This document shows, piece after piece, positions 34,818 to 46,470 of a stretch of 64,000 nucleotides of DNA. The notes beneath the pieces were generated by a model. That model ran no database searches. It saw nothing but the letters and a program-made list of their open reading frames with translations, and had not been told where the DNA came from. Position 1 is the first letter of the stretch, and each line of letters begins with the position of its first letter. This DNA is from Eledone cirrhosa. Lineage: Eukaryota. Made by a program: the position numbers and the translations under genes. Location: positions 100,998,001 to 101,062,000 of the forward strand of contig OZ024740.1 of NCBI GenBank assembly GCA_964016885.1, in the 5' to 3' direction.

Positions 34818-37800
34818 CGGTGGTTATGTAACCATACATTCACCAATCCTCGATATGAGTGTTTAAACGTCGAACCTAAATAGTTCGAATAACGGTGAAG
34901 AGGAGACTGGAACGCTATGTGACAGACTCTCACCCAGCAAGTGCCCCCTGGCCCAGCAGCAGGGACCAGGCTGTCATCCAAATACTGCTGGTGTTGGAGG
35001 AAGAAGAAGAAGGAATGGGACAAGAACCAACTTGACGAAAGAATTGAATAGAACTGTCATGGAATGTTACCTGAAGAGTAACCCCAAGGGAAAAGGCTAT
35101 AGGAAATGGATGCATAAAATATGGAACGTGATTGGTCTATTTAAATTAGATGAACAAAAATTGGCCGGGCAGGCTCGAATAATAAGAACTAAGGGATGGA
35201 TAAACGAGTTGGAACTGGAGGAACTGAGCAGAGAGATTAGGTTAGAAATGGAGAGTGGAGTATGCCAGACAAACGAGCCAGTGGGAGATGAAGGTGAAGA
35301 GGTTGAGAGAATGGAGGAAGCATCCGAAGCAGACAATGATCTGAATGCTGAAATAAATAATACCTGGAACAAAGATACGGCCATTAAGGAAATGAATGCT
35401 GATGGGCTAGGACAAGATTTGGTTGATATCCTAAACTTAATGGTAGAGGAAATGATAGTGGGAAACCTATGAACCTAAGATTTGTAGACAGGAAAAAGTT
35501 AAAAGAAACAACAGCTAAGGTAAACAAAGTCATCCCATACCTTGAGGCGAGGAACCTTCACCAATGCAACAATATCCTCAAAGCAACAGCAAATGCGGTG
35601 AGGAAAATACTTGACATAAAAACGAGAGGAAACAACAAACAAGAAGATCAGAACCTTGGTGGAAGAAACGACTGAATGGTCAAATCAAGGAAATGAGAAA
35701 TTACATTGGAAAACTTGAGTCCCTACTGAATGGGACACTACAAAACATAGACACAAAAAATAGACTGGAAATAAAGTACACAACTAAGAGGAAAAAGCTA
35801 AATATCATCATAGAGGAAATGAAGCAACGCATTGTAGCAAAGAGTGCAAAGATTAGGCGGTATGAGAGCAGAGTCAGCCAGTATAGATAGAACTGCATGT
35901 TTGACAACAACCAGAAGATGTTGTTCCGACAGCTTGAAGGGAAAGAAAGAGCCAACGACTTGATCCCTGAGGCAGTACAGACTAAGACATTCTGGAGAGG
36001 AATATGGGAGCAGGATGTTGAACATAATGATCAGGCAGTGTAGATTGAGACAGTACAAAAGGAGATTAGTGAACAAGCACACCAACAAACTGATTTGAGT
36101 ATCACAGTTGAATCTCTTAAAGGGCAGGCCAAAAAACAAACCAACTGGAAATCACCAGGCCCAGATGGGGTATTGGATCAAAAATATAACATCCCTCCAC
36201 CTGAAACTCACAACCATATTCAATGACTGCTTGATGTCGGGTGAGATACCTGAGTGGTTGACAAAAGGTACCACAGTTCTGGTAATGATGTTACCAACTA
36301 TAGACCTATCACATGTCTGTCCGTAATGGGGAAACTATTAACAAGCATAGTGTCTGAGGAAATCTACCATCACCTCCACATAAACAACTTGTTACCGGAC
36401 GAACAGAAAGGATGCCGAAAGAAGTCCCGTGGTACAAAAGACCAGTTACTTATTGATAAGATGGTAATGAGGAATTGGAAGAGGAGACACACTGGTCTTG
36501 CCATGGGATGGATGGATTGCAAAAAGGCATTCGACATGGTACCTCATTCTTGGATAACCAAAAGCCTAGAGATCTTCAAGGTGGCAGATAACATCAGACA
36601 GTTGTTGAGCAAAAGTATGAAGTCCTGGGAAACAGAGTTAACATCGGGTGGAGAATCCTTGGGAGGCGTGAAGATCAAGAGAGGTATCTTCCAGGGAGAT
36701 AGTTTGTCCCCTCTGCTGTTTGTCTTTGCCCTGATACCATTATACTGCGAAAAGTGAGAGCAGGATACAAGTTGGGAAAAAGAGAGTTTACCATCAAACA
36801 CCTCCTCTTCATGGACGATCAAGGAAATTGACACTGAAGAAGGATACAAATATTTAGGTGTTCTGGGGGCAGATGACATCAAGAACAAAAAAATGAAGGA
36901 ATCGATAAGATCTGAGTACATTAGGAGAGTAAGGAGCGTATTAAAATCACATCTAAATAGTAGGAATGTCATAAGTGCAGTGAATTCCCAAGCTGTGTCT
37001 ATTATTAGGTACAGTGCGGGAATTCTGAAATGGAATGTTGCTGAACAAAAAGAAATGGATAGGAAGTCTAATAAGCTATTGACTATCTACAACATGTTCC
37101 ACAAGAGGAGTGATGTCGTTAGACTCTACTTAATGAGATCTGAAGGTGGAAGAGGTCTTATCAGCATAGAGGACTGTGTTCAGATGGAGAAAAGCAACCT
37201 GCACAAATACGTGACTGACAGTAGGGAGCCAATGCTCAGAATTGTACTGAAGGAGAGGACAATAGACCAGGGGATGTCCAAGGAGGAAATAACAACAAGG
37301 AGGAAGAGAAATCTTCATGAAAAATCCCTTCATAGTGCCTTCTCTATGAAAATAAAGATCCACATGATCCACATGAATTTAAAGATCCACAGACATGGAA
37401 CTGGTTAAAAAGAAGAGACCTTAAAAAGGCTGCAGAAGGAATGCTAATGGCTGCGCAAGAGCAGGCCCTCAGAACGAAGTGGCTGAAACACCATATTTAC
37501 AAGGAGGAGGCTAGCCCACTGTGTAGGATCTGTGGAGAGAGAGAGGAGACTGTATCCGAATGTAAACACGTAGCCCAGACTCACTATAAAAGCTGGAGAC
37601 ATGATGTGATGGGCAGGGTGATCCACTGGCACCTATGCAAAGTAAACAATTTACCACATTCTGAGAAGTGGTATGAGTATAAGACAGAATCGGTGATAGA
37701 AAGCGATCAGGTGAAGGTGCTATGGGATTTTAGGATACAGACGGACAAGAAACTGGAACACAATAGACCTGACCTGGTGGTTTTGGACAAGGAAAAAAGA

Positions 37801-38157
37801 TTGTGCCTGATTGTAGATGTAGCCTGCCCATTTGACATGAGAGTGCAAGAAAAGGAGAGGGAGAAAATTAACCGATACCAGGAGTTAAAGTGGGAGTTAA
37901 AAAGGATTTGGAACTGTCATGAAATCAAGGTTGTCTCGATTGTCATAGGTGCACTAGGTACAACTCAAAGAGTTTCCAAGGATGGTTAAAGAAAATTAGT
38001 CCAGCCCCGCTTTTTGGAACACTTCAAAAGGCATGCTTGCTGGGAACAGCAAGAACCCTCCGATACGTCCTGAATATCTGAGGCTGCAGGTAGCGGCTTG
38101 ATATTCATTTCAACAAACTTTCCAGTTAAATAACATCAATGACTGAGACTCAAAGAA
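34818..38157 (+). mobile_element. Nearly full-length, decayed R4/Dong-type RLE LINE family A with (TAA)n tail
   Basis: N-terminal GYRKWMHKIW...EQKLAGQARII...ELELE; NWKSPGPDG; NYRPITCL; EQKG; KKAFDMVPH; [13 protein letters not shown]; FMDD; YKYLG; GGRGL; CRICGEREETV..RHD; RPDLV...IVDVACP...EKINRYQEL; tail 38158-38211. Confidence 0.92.
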
Positions 38158-38158
38158 C

Positions 38159-38211
<53 letters not shown>

Positions 38212-38212
<1 letters not shown>

Positions 38213-38345
38213 TGTTTCTACTTTTGGCACAAGGCCAGCAATTATCTCAGTGTATTACTGGTACTTTATTTTATCGAACCCGTATGGATGAAAGTCAAAG
38301 TTAACCTCGGCGGGATTTGAACTCAGAATGGCAAGGGCCGTAACT
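38212..38345 (-). mobile_element. SINE family 2 copy, tail-to-tail with the Dong element
   Basis: ATTGTTTCTACTTTTGGCACAAGGCCAGCAATT...TTAACCTCGGCGGGATTTGAACTCAG. Confidence 0.85.
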
Positions 38346-39299
38346 CGAAACAATACTTATAATAATGGTAATCTGGGACTGATAAAAAAGCTTACACAGA
38401 TCAATACATAACCAAATCCTGGGACTCACAAATATCACATATTAAAAATAGCTCTACTAGACACTGCACACATATTACAAAATGTACTCTCAATACAATA
38501 GAAACAATACCAAAAACCACACTACACATACCCAGGGCACACAGAGCTGTGCTCAGTAATGCAGTGATGATGCGCAATAATATCAATAATAATAATAATA
38601 ATTGAATAAATAAATGGGTAAAAACAATTAAAACAAAAGTGGTAACCATTTCTATGTAATGATAACTATGATATTATTCAGATATATAATAATTCAACCA
38701 TGTCTGTGTGAAATATTATTCCTATTATTATTGTTGTTATTGTTATTATTATTATACTAGATTCTCTGATGTTATATATATAGATCAATGTTTGGAGTCG
38801 TAATATAATAACACCAAAAATTCAAAGGGACGGACGAATAATATGAAACTTGTTTTGTATTATTTGTTTGTTTTTTTTTCCTATGTTTTTCTTGGTCTCT
38901 TTTGTTTAAATTTTCCATTTGTTTTACAAACTATTTCTTTTATTTTTATTTTCAAAAAATATTTTTTGATAATTTCATTTCTTTTTATTTTCCCAATAAC
39001 GTTATATTGAACTGTGAATTATGATGAGCAATTTATTGAATTTGTTGTTGTTGCAGTTGTATAGCCCCAGGTTAGCCCTAATCTAGCGAAAGTATAATCA
39101 AAGGTGATCTAACTTTGACCATTTTATTGTTTAGCCCTAGGGCAAACCTGACTGAGCAGTCATCTCCGCAAAAGCAGGCCTGCTATAACCATAATATTGT
39201 CTGCTTTTAGATAAATCTTAACAAGATAGGCCTCCCCTTCTAGAAATGGTACGGTGATAAATTCGTCTGCAGCAACCAAGGAGGCATCACCCTCCTCTT

Positions 39300-40095
39300 C
39301 ATTCCAAGCAAGCTCTTCACTAGGATCCTCCTCACCCATGCTCTTCCTGCTATTAGAAGCAGGCATCACTCACACCAAACTGGATTCATGCCAACTTGAT
39401 CTATCACCAACCACATTTCTTCCCTTAGTCACACTATTAAAAGATTTTGGGAGTTTCGCAGAGATTGCCACCTCTGTGTCACCTTTATCAATCTCAAGGC
39501 AACTTTCGACACGGTCGACCACACATCCCTCTGGAAAATTCTCAAGCTCATCAGGGTACCTCCCAACATCACCACCCTGTTCCAATGGCTTTATATCAGT
39601 GTCAAGTGTTGCATGCAGGTGAACAAGAAGGACGCTGACTGGTTCCCCATCAACAGTGATGTCAGGCAGGGCTGTATGACATCTCCTGTCATCTGATGAC
39701 CAAGATCTGTGAGGGAGTTTCTGGAATTACCTTTGGGAACTACCACCTTACCGACCTGGAGTACGTGGACAACACCACCCTCTTCAGCAACTTAATTGAT
39801 CAGCACAGGGGCATACAGACCATATACCAGGAGGAATCAGCAAAGTTTGGTCTTCAAGTGAACTGGGCGAAGACCAAGCTGATGCATGTCAACAATGGAC
39901 CAGATCCTCCTATGCTCTATATTGGCCCCAACATCGAGGAGTTTGTCAGCTACTTCATTTACCTGGGCTCGAGAGTCACCAACAATGAAGATTTGACCCC
40001 AGAGATCAACTGCAGATGTGGTCTGGCCTCCAGAGTCATGCACTCCCTATGGAAGCTTCTTTGGCACCACTGCTCTATCTCCTGGAGAGGCTAGC
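39300..40095 (+). mobile_element. Decayed RTE-group LINE RT fragment
   Basis: Q.GFMP...ST...F.NLKATFDTVDH.SLWKILK...VRQGC...LTDLEYVDNTTL...GLQVNWAKTKLM...FIYLGS...EINCR. Confidence 0.8.
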
Positions 40096-40129
40096 ATGGG
40101 GCTGCTAGTGATGGAGGGCATTTGTGGAT

Positions 40130-41290
40130 CTGGTTGGCTCTATGCTTGATGATGCCTTTGGGATCCCTGACCTAGGATGCCCCTAGTACCTTTGAGGAAG
40201 AGAAAGATGAGATCCTCCTCAGAAGTCTTGCCACATTTGAGTGCTTTAATTACTTTCTTATCCTCAGCATCTGAGAAGTTTGTCTTTACTCCTACATAAA
40301 TATCATGTTTTATAACCAGATTTAGGTTATCTGCAATGCATTCTCTCTACCTTATGAGGATGCACTTCTGTTTGTAGGGAAAAATGCCAGACGAGTTCTT
40401 GATAGCAAGCATAGCTAGAATTTCTTATTAGGAAGTTGACAGTTTGTTTGCCAGAATACATTATTTACTGATCTATAGTTGGATTCCAGTTTAAGCCCAA
40501 AGTCCTCCCATGTCTTAAACTTGGAATGTCTTTTCTGTGAACCTTCATGACTGTGTGTACTATGAGTGCAAAAGGAAACACCTATTTCCAAGTGAAGCTT
40601 TGCAAAGCTTCCTTCATTTCTCAGTCGGCATCTCTAACCAGGTAGGTCCTCTTGCTAAATGATGCCACATAATAACACTTTTAATCACATCCTCAGTTTG
40701 TTCAGGGAGTTCTCTAAATTTGGATATAATAGTGTCTGCATATCTGATCCAGACTTCTTCATCAATCAGGGCTTCCTATTATATCTGAGAGGTGTTGATC
40801 AGTTAACAGCTCAACCCACTGAAGCAGGTGGAGTAGTTCGTGTCTTTCAGGGTTGTTTTCTGAAGTGATGGATGACAAAAAGCTGAATTGAATGCAAAAA
40901 TTGCTGGAGCTTATAAAATATTGTGACATCGCCAGTCTAAAAGCTAAAGTCATTATCTTCAACTCAGTATATATGCTTACTCTTAACTATAGTTAAAGAA
41001 TATGATGAAACAGCTGAAATTAGGTTCCTCCAAATGGTCTTTGGTATAATGTTACTTAATAGGGTGTATAGCATGGAGATCAGGAAGTTGTTCCAGGAAA
41101 AGCCATTACTTCTCTGCATTGAGAGATCACTACTCCAGTACTATGTACATTTGATTAAAATATCTAAATAAAGAATCACTGGGCAAATTTTACGGGAAAA
41201 GATAACTGGTAGGAGAACAGGGGGTAAACCACTAGCAAGATGGTTGGATAATATCCATAATCTCATACGAATTTGCAAACAGGCTTATCA
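40130..41290. mobile_element. Highly decayed RTE-type LINE; left part apparently antisense APE, right part sense RT C-terminus
   Basis: Plus strand QVE.F...VVF.SDG...AEIRFLQ...LLNRV...LLCIERSLL...GRRTGGKP..RWLDNI; minus strand around 40180-40440 resembles the APE GDFN region. Confidence 0.5.
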
Positions 41291-41371
41291 ATTGCATAAA
41301 GGCTTGGTCACTAACTTGAGATAGCTTGATGTGTCCATGAGAAAGAAATTCTTTAAGAATGTCTTTCTATC

Positions 41372-42196
41372 TATTGTACGATGCCTGCATACGAACAGCA
41401 ATGCTGCATGGCAGTGAGACCTGGGCATTGTGTGCAGAGGATATACGCAGACTAGAGAGGAACGAAGCTTGCATGCTCCGCTGGATGTGTAACAGTAATA
41501 TACGTGAACGGCAAAGCATAAACGAACTAAGGAAAAAATTAGAGATAAGAGGGATCAGATGTTGTTTACTCGAGAGAAGGCTACGTTGGTATGGACACGT
41601 GATGCGCATGAAAGTCGATAGCTGTATAACAAAGTGCAGGGCAATAAAGATAGACGGTAGTCACGGAATAGGCAGACCTAGAAAAACCTGGGACGAGCTG
41701 ATAAACTCCGACATCACACACTTACACCTCTCCAAGACAATGTCACTGGACCGAGACCTTTGGCGGTACTCAGTAACAGAGAAGACCCGCCTTACCTAAA
41801 TATATAGTAAAACCTACTCCAGCCAGTAGGCATCTCTAACAAAATACACCCCGCCCCACCACTCCCACCCCCACCCCATCCACACCACCCCGTTCTATGT
41901 AAAGTTATGTTGGTGCCGCGCCATCGAGGCCGAAACAAACGAGATCGTGTAGGTGTCACGACAAAAAAACACACAGTCCACGCTGTAATGTGGCCGTGTA
42001 GGCAACACGGTAAAAACCTCCCAGACCCACACTGTAAATGTGGTTGGTGTTAGGAAGGGCATCCAACTGTAGAAAACCTGCCAGACAGTCCTATGCGAGC
42101 AAGACAATCACTCTTGCCTCAAGTGGGACTACCCCCGTCCAAACCCATGCAAGCGTGGAACACGGACGTTAAACGTTGATGATGATGATGATGATG
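41372..42196 (+). mobile_element. 5'-truncated RTE-clade LINE with (GAT)n tail
   Basis: LYDACIRTAMLHGSETWA...RRLRWYGHVMRM...GRPRKTWDE...DRDLWR; 3' UTR near-identical to 53115-53500. Confidence 0.9.
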
Positions 42197-42227
42197 TTCT
42201 ATTTCAAATGACTCTATACTCTGTCTT

Positions 42228-42823
42228 TTAACCATTTTGATACCAACCCACACAAAACCACTTCTGGTTCTCATCATCATTTCATTTTACGTCCGCTTTT
42301 TCCCTGCTTGCAAGGGTGGGACGGGAACTGATCTGGCTTCATTTCTACAGCTGGGTGCCCTTCCTAACACCAACCTCATTTACAGTGAATGATGGGTGCT
42401 TTTTTTCCATGGCACCTACACGTCCACTTTGCAGTGGAATGATAGGGACCCCAGTCCCTATCATCTCATTTCTACAGCTGAGTAAACTGGAGCAATGTGA
42501 AATAAAGTGTCTTGCTCAAGGAAACAACACATCACCCGGTCTGAAAATTGAACTCACAACCTTTCGATTGCAAGGCCAACACTCTAACCACTAAGCTATG
42601 TGCCTCCATTTTTTTCTATGAAAAATATTGCCTATTTCAAAAAGATCCTACTTAAATCAAAATCCTCCAATCTAATTTGATATAAGAAGCTTTTGTTGAA
42701 TTATGTTACAAATATTATTTTAGTATTGAAATAATTAATGATTTTAGCAAGTTCCTCCAAATTATTCATTAATTAATTCAAATACAGTTTATCTTATCAG
42801 TAATATGATAATCAAAGGGTTAA
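42228..42823. mobile_element. Probable TTAA-flanked (piggyBac-like) MITE interrupted by a SINE
   Basis: TTAA-CCATTTTGATACCA ... TGATAATCAAAGGG-TTAA; related copies near 43518-43775, 48668-48870, 54664-54875 and 59685-59901. Confidence 0.5.
42271..42607 (-). mobile_element. tRNA-derived SINE family 1, full length
   Basis: Near-identical to 7170-7517. Confidence 0.9.
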
Positions 42824-43012
42824 AATTATCTCAATTATTAGAATAAACACTTATGAAATTTAACATACTGTAATTGACACTTCTCTGTAATGACAACGAG
42901 CATAAGTTAATTTTATTCTGCCTCTGTCAGATTATATTTTATGTCTTTTGAACTCAGAGCACATGACTCTTAGGTTTAGAGGATTTTTATATCCTTAAGT
43001 CAAAAGAAAATG

Positions 43013-43345
43013 TGAAGGCATGTGGCTTAGTGGTTGTGAGTGTTGAGCTGATGATCAGAAGTCTGTGAGTTTGATTCCCTGGCTGAGTGGTAAGTTGTGT
43101 CTATGAGCAAAGGAACTCTATTTCATGTTGCTCCAGGCCACTTAGTTGGATAAAAAATGGATTGTAATGATACTGGTGTCAAGCTGTTTTAGCTTTTACC
43201 TTTCCCTTGTGGAACATTGGTGAAGAGAGTTGATTGGCAAGCATGGGCAACTGCAAGTATTTCACAAAGCAGCTTGTCGAAGCTTGTGCCTTAGAGAGGG
43301 TTATCCCAGGTGCAAGCCCATGATCAGCAATGATTGGAAAATGCT
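43013..43345 (+). mobile_element. Diverged tRNA-derived SINE
   Basis: GAAGGCATGTGGCTTAGTGGTT (A box)...GAGTTTGATTCC (B box)...TGAGCAAA...TATTTCA.GTTGCTCCAG. Confidence 0.7.
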
Positions 43346-44194
43346 TTGAAAATATCAAAGGTGAAACAACACCCATATTTTGAAAATCCCCTAAGTTTGG
43401 TGAGGAAAAAGGAAGAAGAAATTCTAGCTCTTGAGTTATCTTCAGAACCAGTGACTTGGAATGAATGTTTTTAACAAAGTGAACTCAGCTGAGACACCCA
43501 ATAGATTGGTTGTGGTATTATCCCATTTTATACCAAACTGCCTGAAACTAACCCTGGTTCTATAATACAAACCATTTTGTTTTATAGTGTTTATTATCAA
43601 AAAACCTTCCATTATAATTTTATTTAAAGACATTTGTGATGCTATGTTCTAAACAACAGCTTAATAATGAAATGTGTTATATTAATAAATTCTGCTAAAT
43701 TTGGGATTATTTAAACAATTAATTGAAGGACATAGGCAGTATTTTTCATTAGAAATATGGTAACAAAAGAATTAAGCATGCCATCAAAGAACAGACACAA
43801 TCCATCCAACTGGTTTCTACTCAGTTTCTGTCTATCCAACTTAACTTGTCTTTAGTCAACTCAACGATATGCTAGAAGACACACAAGTTGGACTAAAGTG
43901 GAGTCTAACCTAGATCAACATGATTCTAAAGCACAACTACTTAAACAATTCATATGGCCATGCCAGCAGCCGTAAATGTCTAATGTTGATAGGCAATACA
44001 TTATTTGGTCATGTCATTTATAACTTTATTGTAAAGCAAGTAAAAACTATCTTTCTTGCTATCTTTCTCTCTCTCATATATATGATAATATATATAAAGA
44101 GAGAGAGAAAGAAATATAAATAGAGAGATAGGCAGTTAGATACATTAATAGATAAATGTGTGTGCATATTCACACTTACACATATATTATACGT

Positions 44195-44195
44195 G

Positions 44196-44245
<50 letters not shown>

Positions 44246-44257
44246 TGTGAATATATA

Positions 44258-44332
<75 letters not shown>

Positions 44333-44841
44333 AGGTCTGTACATATATATGTATGTATATTTGTGTGTATGTTTGTATGTATATTTGTATGTATATTTGT
44401 ATGTGTTTGCATATATGTATGTACGTTTGTATGTATGTATGTATGTATGTAAGTATGTATATATATTTGTATGTATGAATAATCTCATGAATATCATCAG
44501 GAAGGAGACAGTCTGTCAGACTTCAATGTTCTAGACATTTACAGTTTTGGTCTCGGAAATTTATACCTGAAATCAGAATTCATATCTTCTATATATTCCT
44601 TTTCATTTTCATCACTAATCTCCCAATCGAGTAAATATGTCTACTGCAACAATAACATATATAAATCAATAAAATAAAATAAAATAAAATATGATTTATC
44701 TTTCTCGCAATCTCTCATATTTTTGTCTCACTATATAATTATATATATGTACATATTTATTTATATATATATATATAAATATATATATATATATTTATAT
44801 TTATAAATATGTACATATTTATTTATATATAAATATATATT

Positions 44842-44889
<48 letters not shown>

Positions 44890-44945
44890 CATACATATAT
44901 ATAGATATATATATAGATAGATATAAATACATACATATGTTAATA
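44195..44945. repeat. Compound (TG)n/(TA)n/(TATG)n microsatellites
   Basis: Direct inspection; two tracts separated by unique sequence at about 44480-44730. Confidence 0.85.
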
Positions 44946-46289
44946 TACATATATTTATATATAAAAAAAGACAATCTACTATATCTATTTATCTGAAAAA
45001 AGTTGACTATGACTTTGAAGTTGCACTGAAGAATGCTTATCAAACAAGAATTCCAATTTAAAAACTGTAGTTACGTCTACATTAAATTTACCTGAAATGT
45101 TCTGATATATAGAGTGTTCTAGCATGAATATTTATTAGATAATTAATTATGTTGCCAAACATTTGCAGATTATGCAAATTAGACTGATTATTTCTGCTAT
45201 ACTAAAAATCCTATTTGACATAAATAATGTTGGTATAGTAAAATTCCTCTATAATAGTTATCTTCTGTTGAGAAGACAAAATCTCTGAAGTAGATAAATG
45301 TAACCTAGTAGGTTATTACATATGTGAATCTGTGTATACACAACAACAATTTATTATACATTAATCAGTTTTGATTGTTCAGTTAAAACTAACTAAGAAT
45401 TTATAAATATGCCTGAACCTGGTGAATATTTTAGACACCTTATATATGTATTCATTTGTAGCCTTAAATTTATTCAAATTTAAAACCTTCTTCATAACAC
45501 ATGGATTGTAAATGCGTCGAAGATTAGTATATGTATATTTTTCTAAGGTGGTAATGGGAGGGGGGGGGGGGGGTATCTCCAAAGTTTTAAAATTGTTAAT
45601 TTGCTCACTTTTCAATTTTCGTTTATAGCTTGAATGTGTCATAATTTAAACTTTTTCATGATTTTTAGAGAAAATACGTCAGCGGATTCACAGAGTCATT
45701 AGAACATCAAACAAATGCTTAGCAGTATTTGTTCTGGCTCTATATGTTCTGAGTTCAAATCCCACAAAGCTTAACTTTGCCTTTCATCCTATAGTACTTG
45801 TTCAGTATTGGGGTTAATCTAAACGACTTTCCCCAATCTCCACTGATTGTTGTCTTTGTTTGGGTTTATCATTTGGGTTTATTTCAACAGAATATATTAC
45901 TGTTTTTCTATCAAAGATCTGTATGAGGGACAGAATACATAATTGTTGTATATGTACCTTGTATTGATCAATTATTTAGTTGTGCAACTGTAGCAATATT
46001 TCATTGTCCTATGATTGAGGGCTAATATATGAATGAGGGCTAATATATGTTGTTGTTTTTTTATGTTGCTTTAACATTTAGAGAGAAAGTTAGATTAAAC
46101 CATGAGATGTTATAACATTTTGTCTTACTGGTAATTAGTGAGGCTATGATGCATGGCTACTAGTCCCCTGCAAGAATATGAATAGAAGAGAGTCATGGCC
46201 AGAAAGGTAAAAGAGAAGAAAGAATGAGTACAAGTGTGTGTAAAGAGCGTGAAAAGCTGATAGATGAAGAAGGAAGAACATAAGGGAGA

Positions 46290-46470
46290 TAATTGTTGCT
46301 ATTTTAGGCACAAAGCCAGCAATTATCCAGTACATTACTGGTACTTTATTTTATCGAACCCGTAAGGATGAAAGGCAAAGTTAACCTCGGCGGGATTTGA
46401 ACTCAGATCATAAAGGGACATAGCTCTATGCTTCAAAGCATGGTGTCCGTATCTCTACCAATACTGCCGA
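46290..46470 (-). mobile_element. SINE family 2 copy
   Basis: GGCACAAAGCCAGCAATT...GGATGAAAGGCAAAGTTAACCTCGGCGGGATTTGAACTCAG...CTACCAATACTGCC. Confidence 0.85.

Noticed and set aside
43040-43070. CTGATGA hammerhead core or C-box motif
   Set aside because: It lies within a SINE tRNA-like head and has no stem II/GAAA partner.
44480-45100. Possible minus-strand terminal exons after TTTCAG acceptors (~44577 and ~45092) and a + strand peptide KKVDYDFEVALKNAY
   Set aside because: Short, with no recognisable homology and no partner exons; compatible with chance. RNA-seq would be needed.
45160-45200. Octamer ATGCAAAT and other TF-like motifs (also near 14548, 56612 and 60841)
   Set aside because: Expected by chance in AT-rich DNA; no supporting promoter context.
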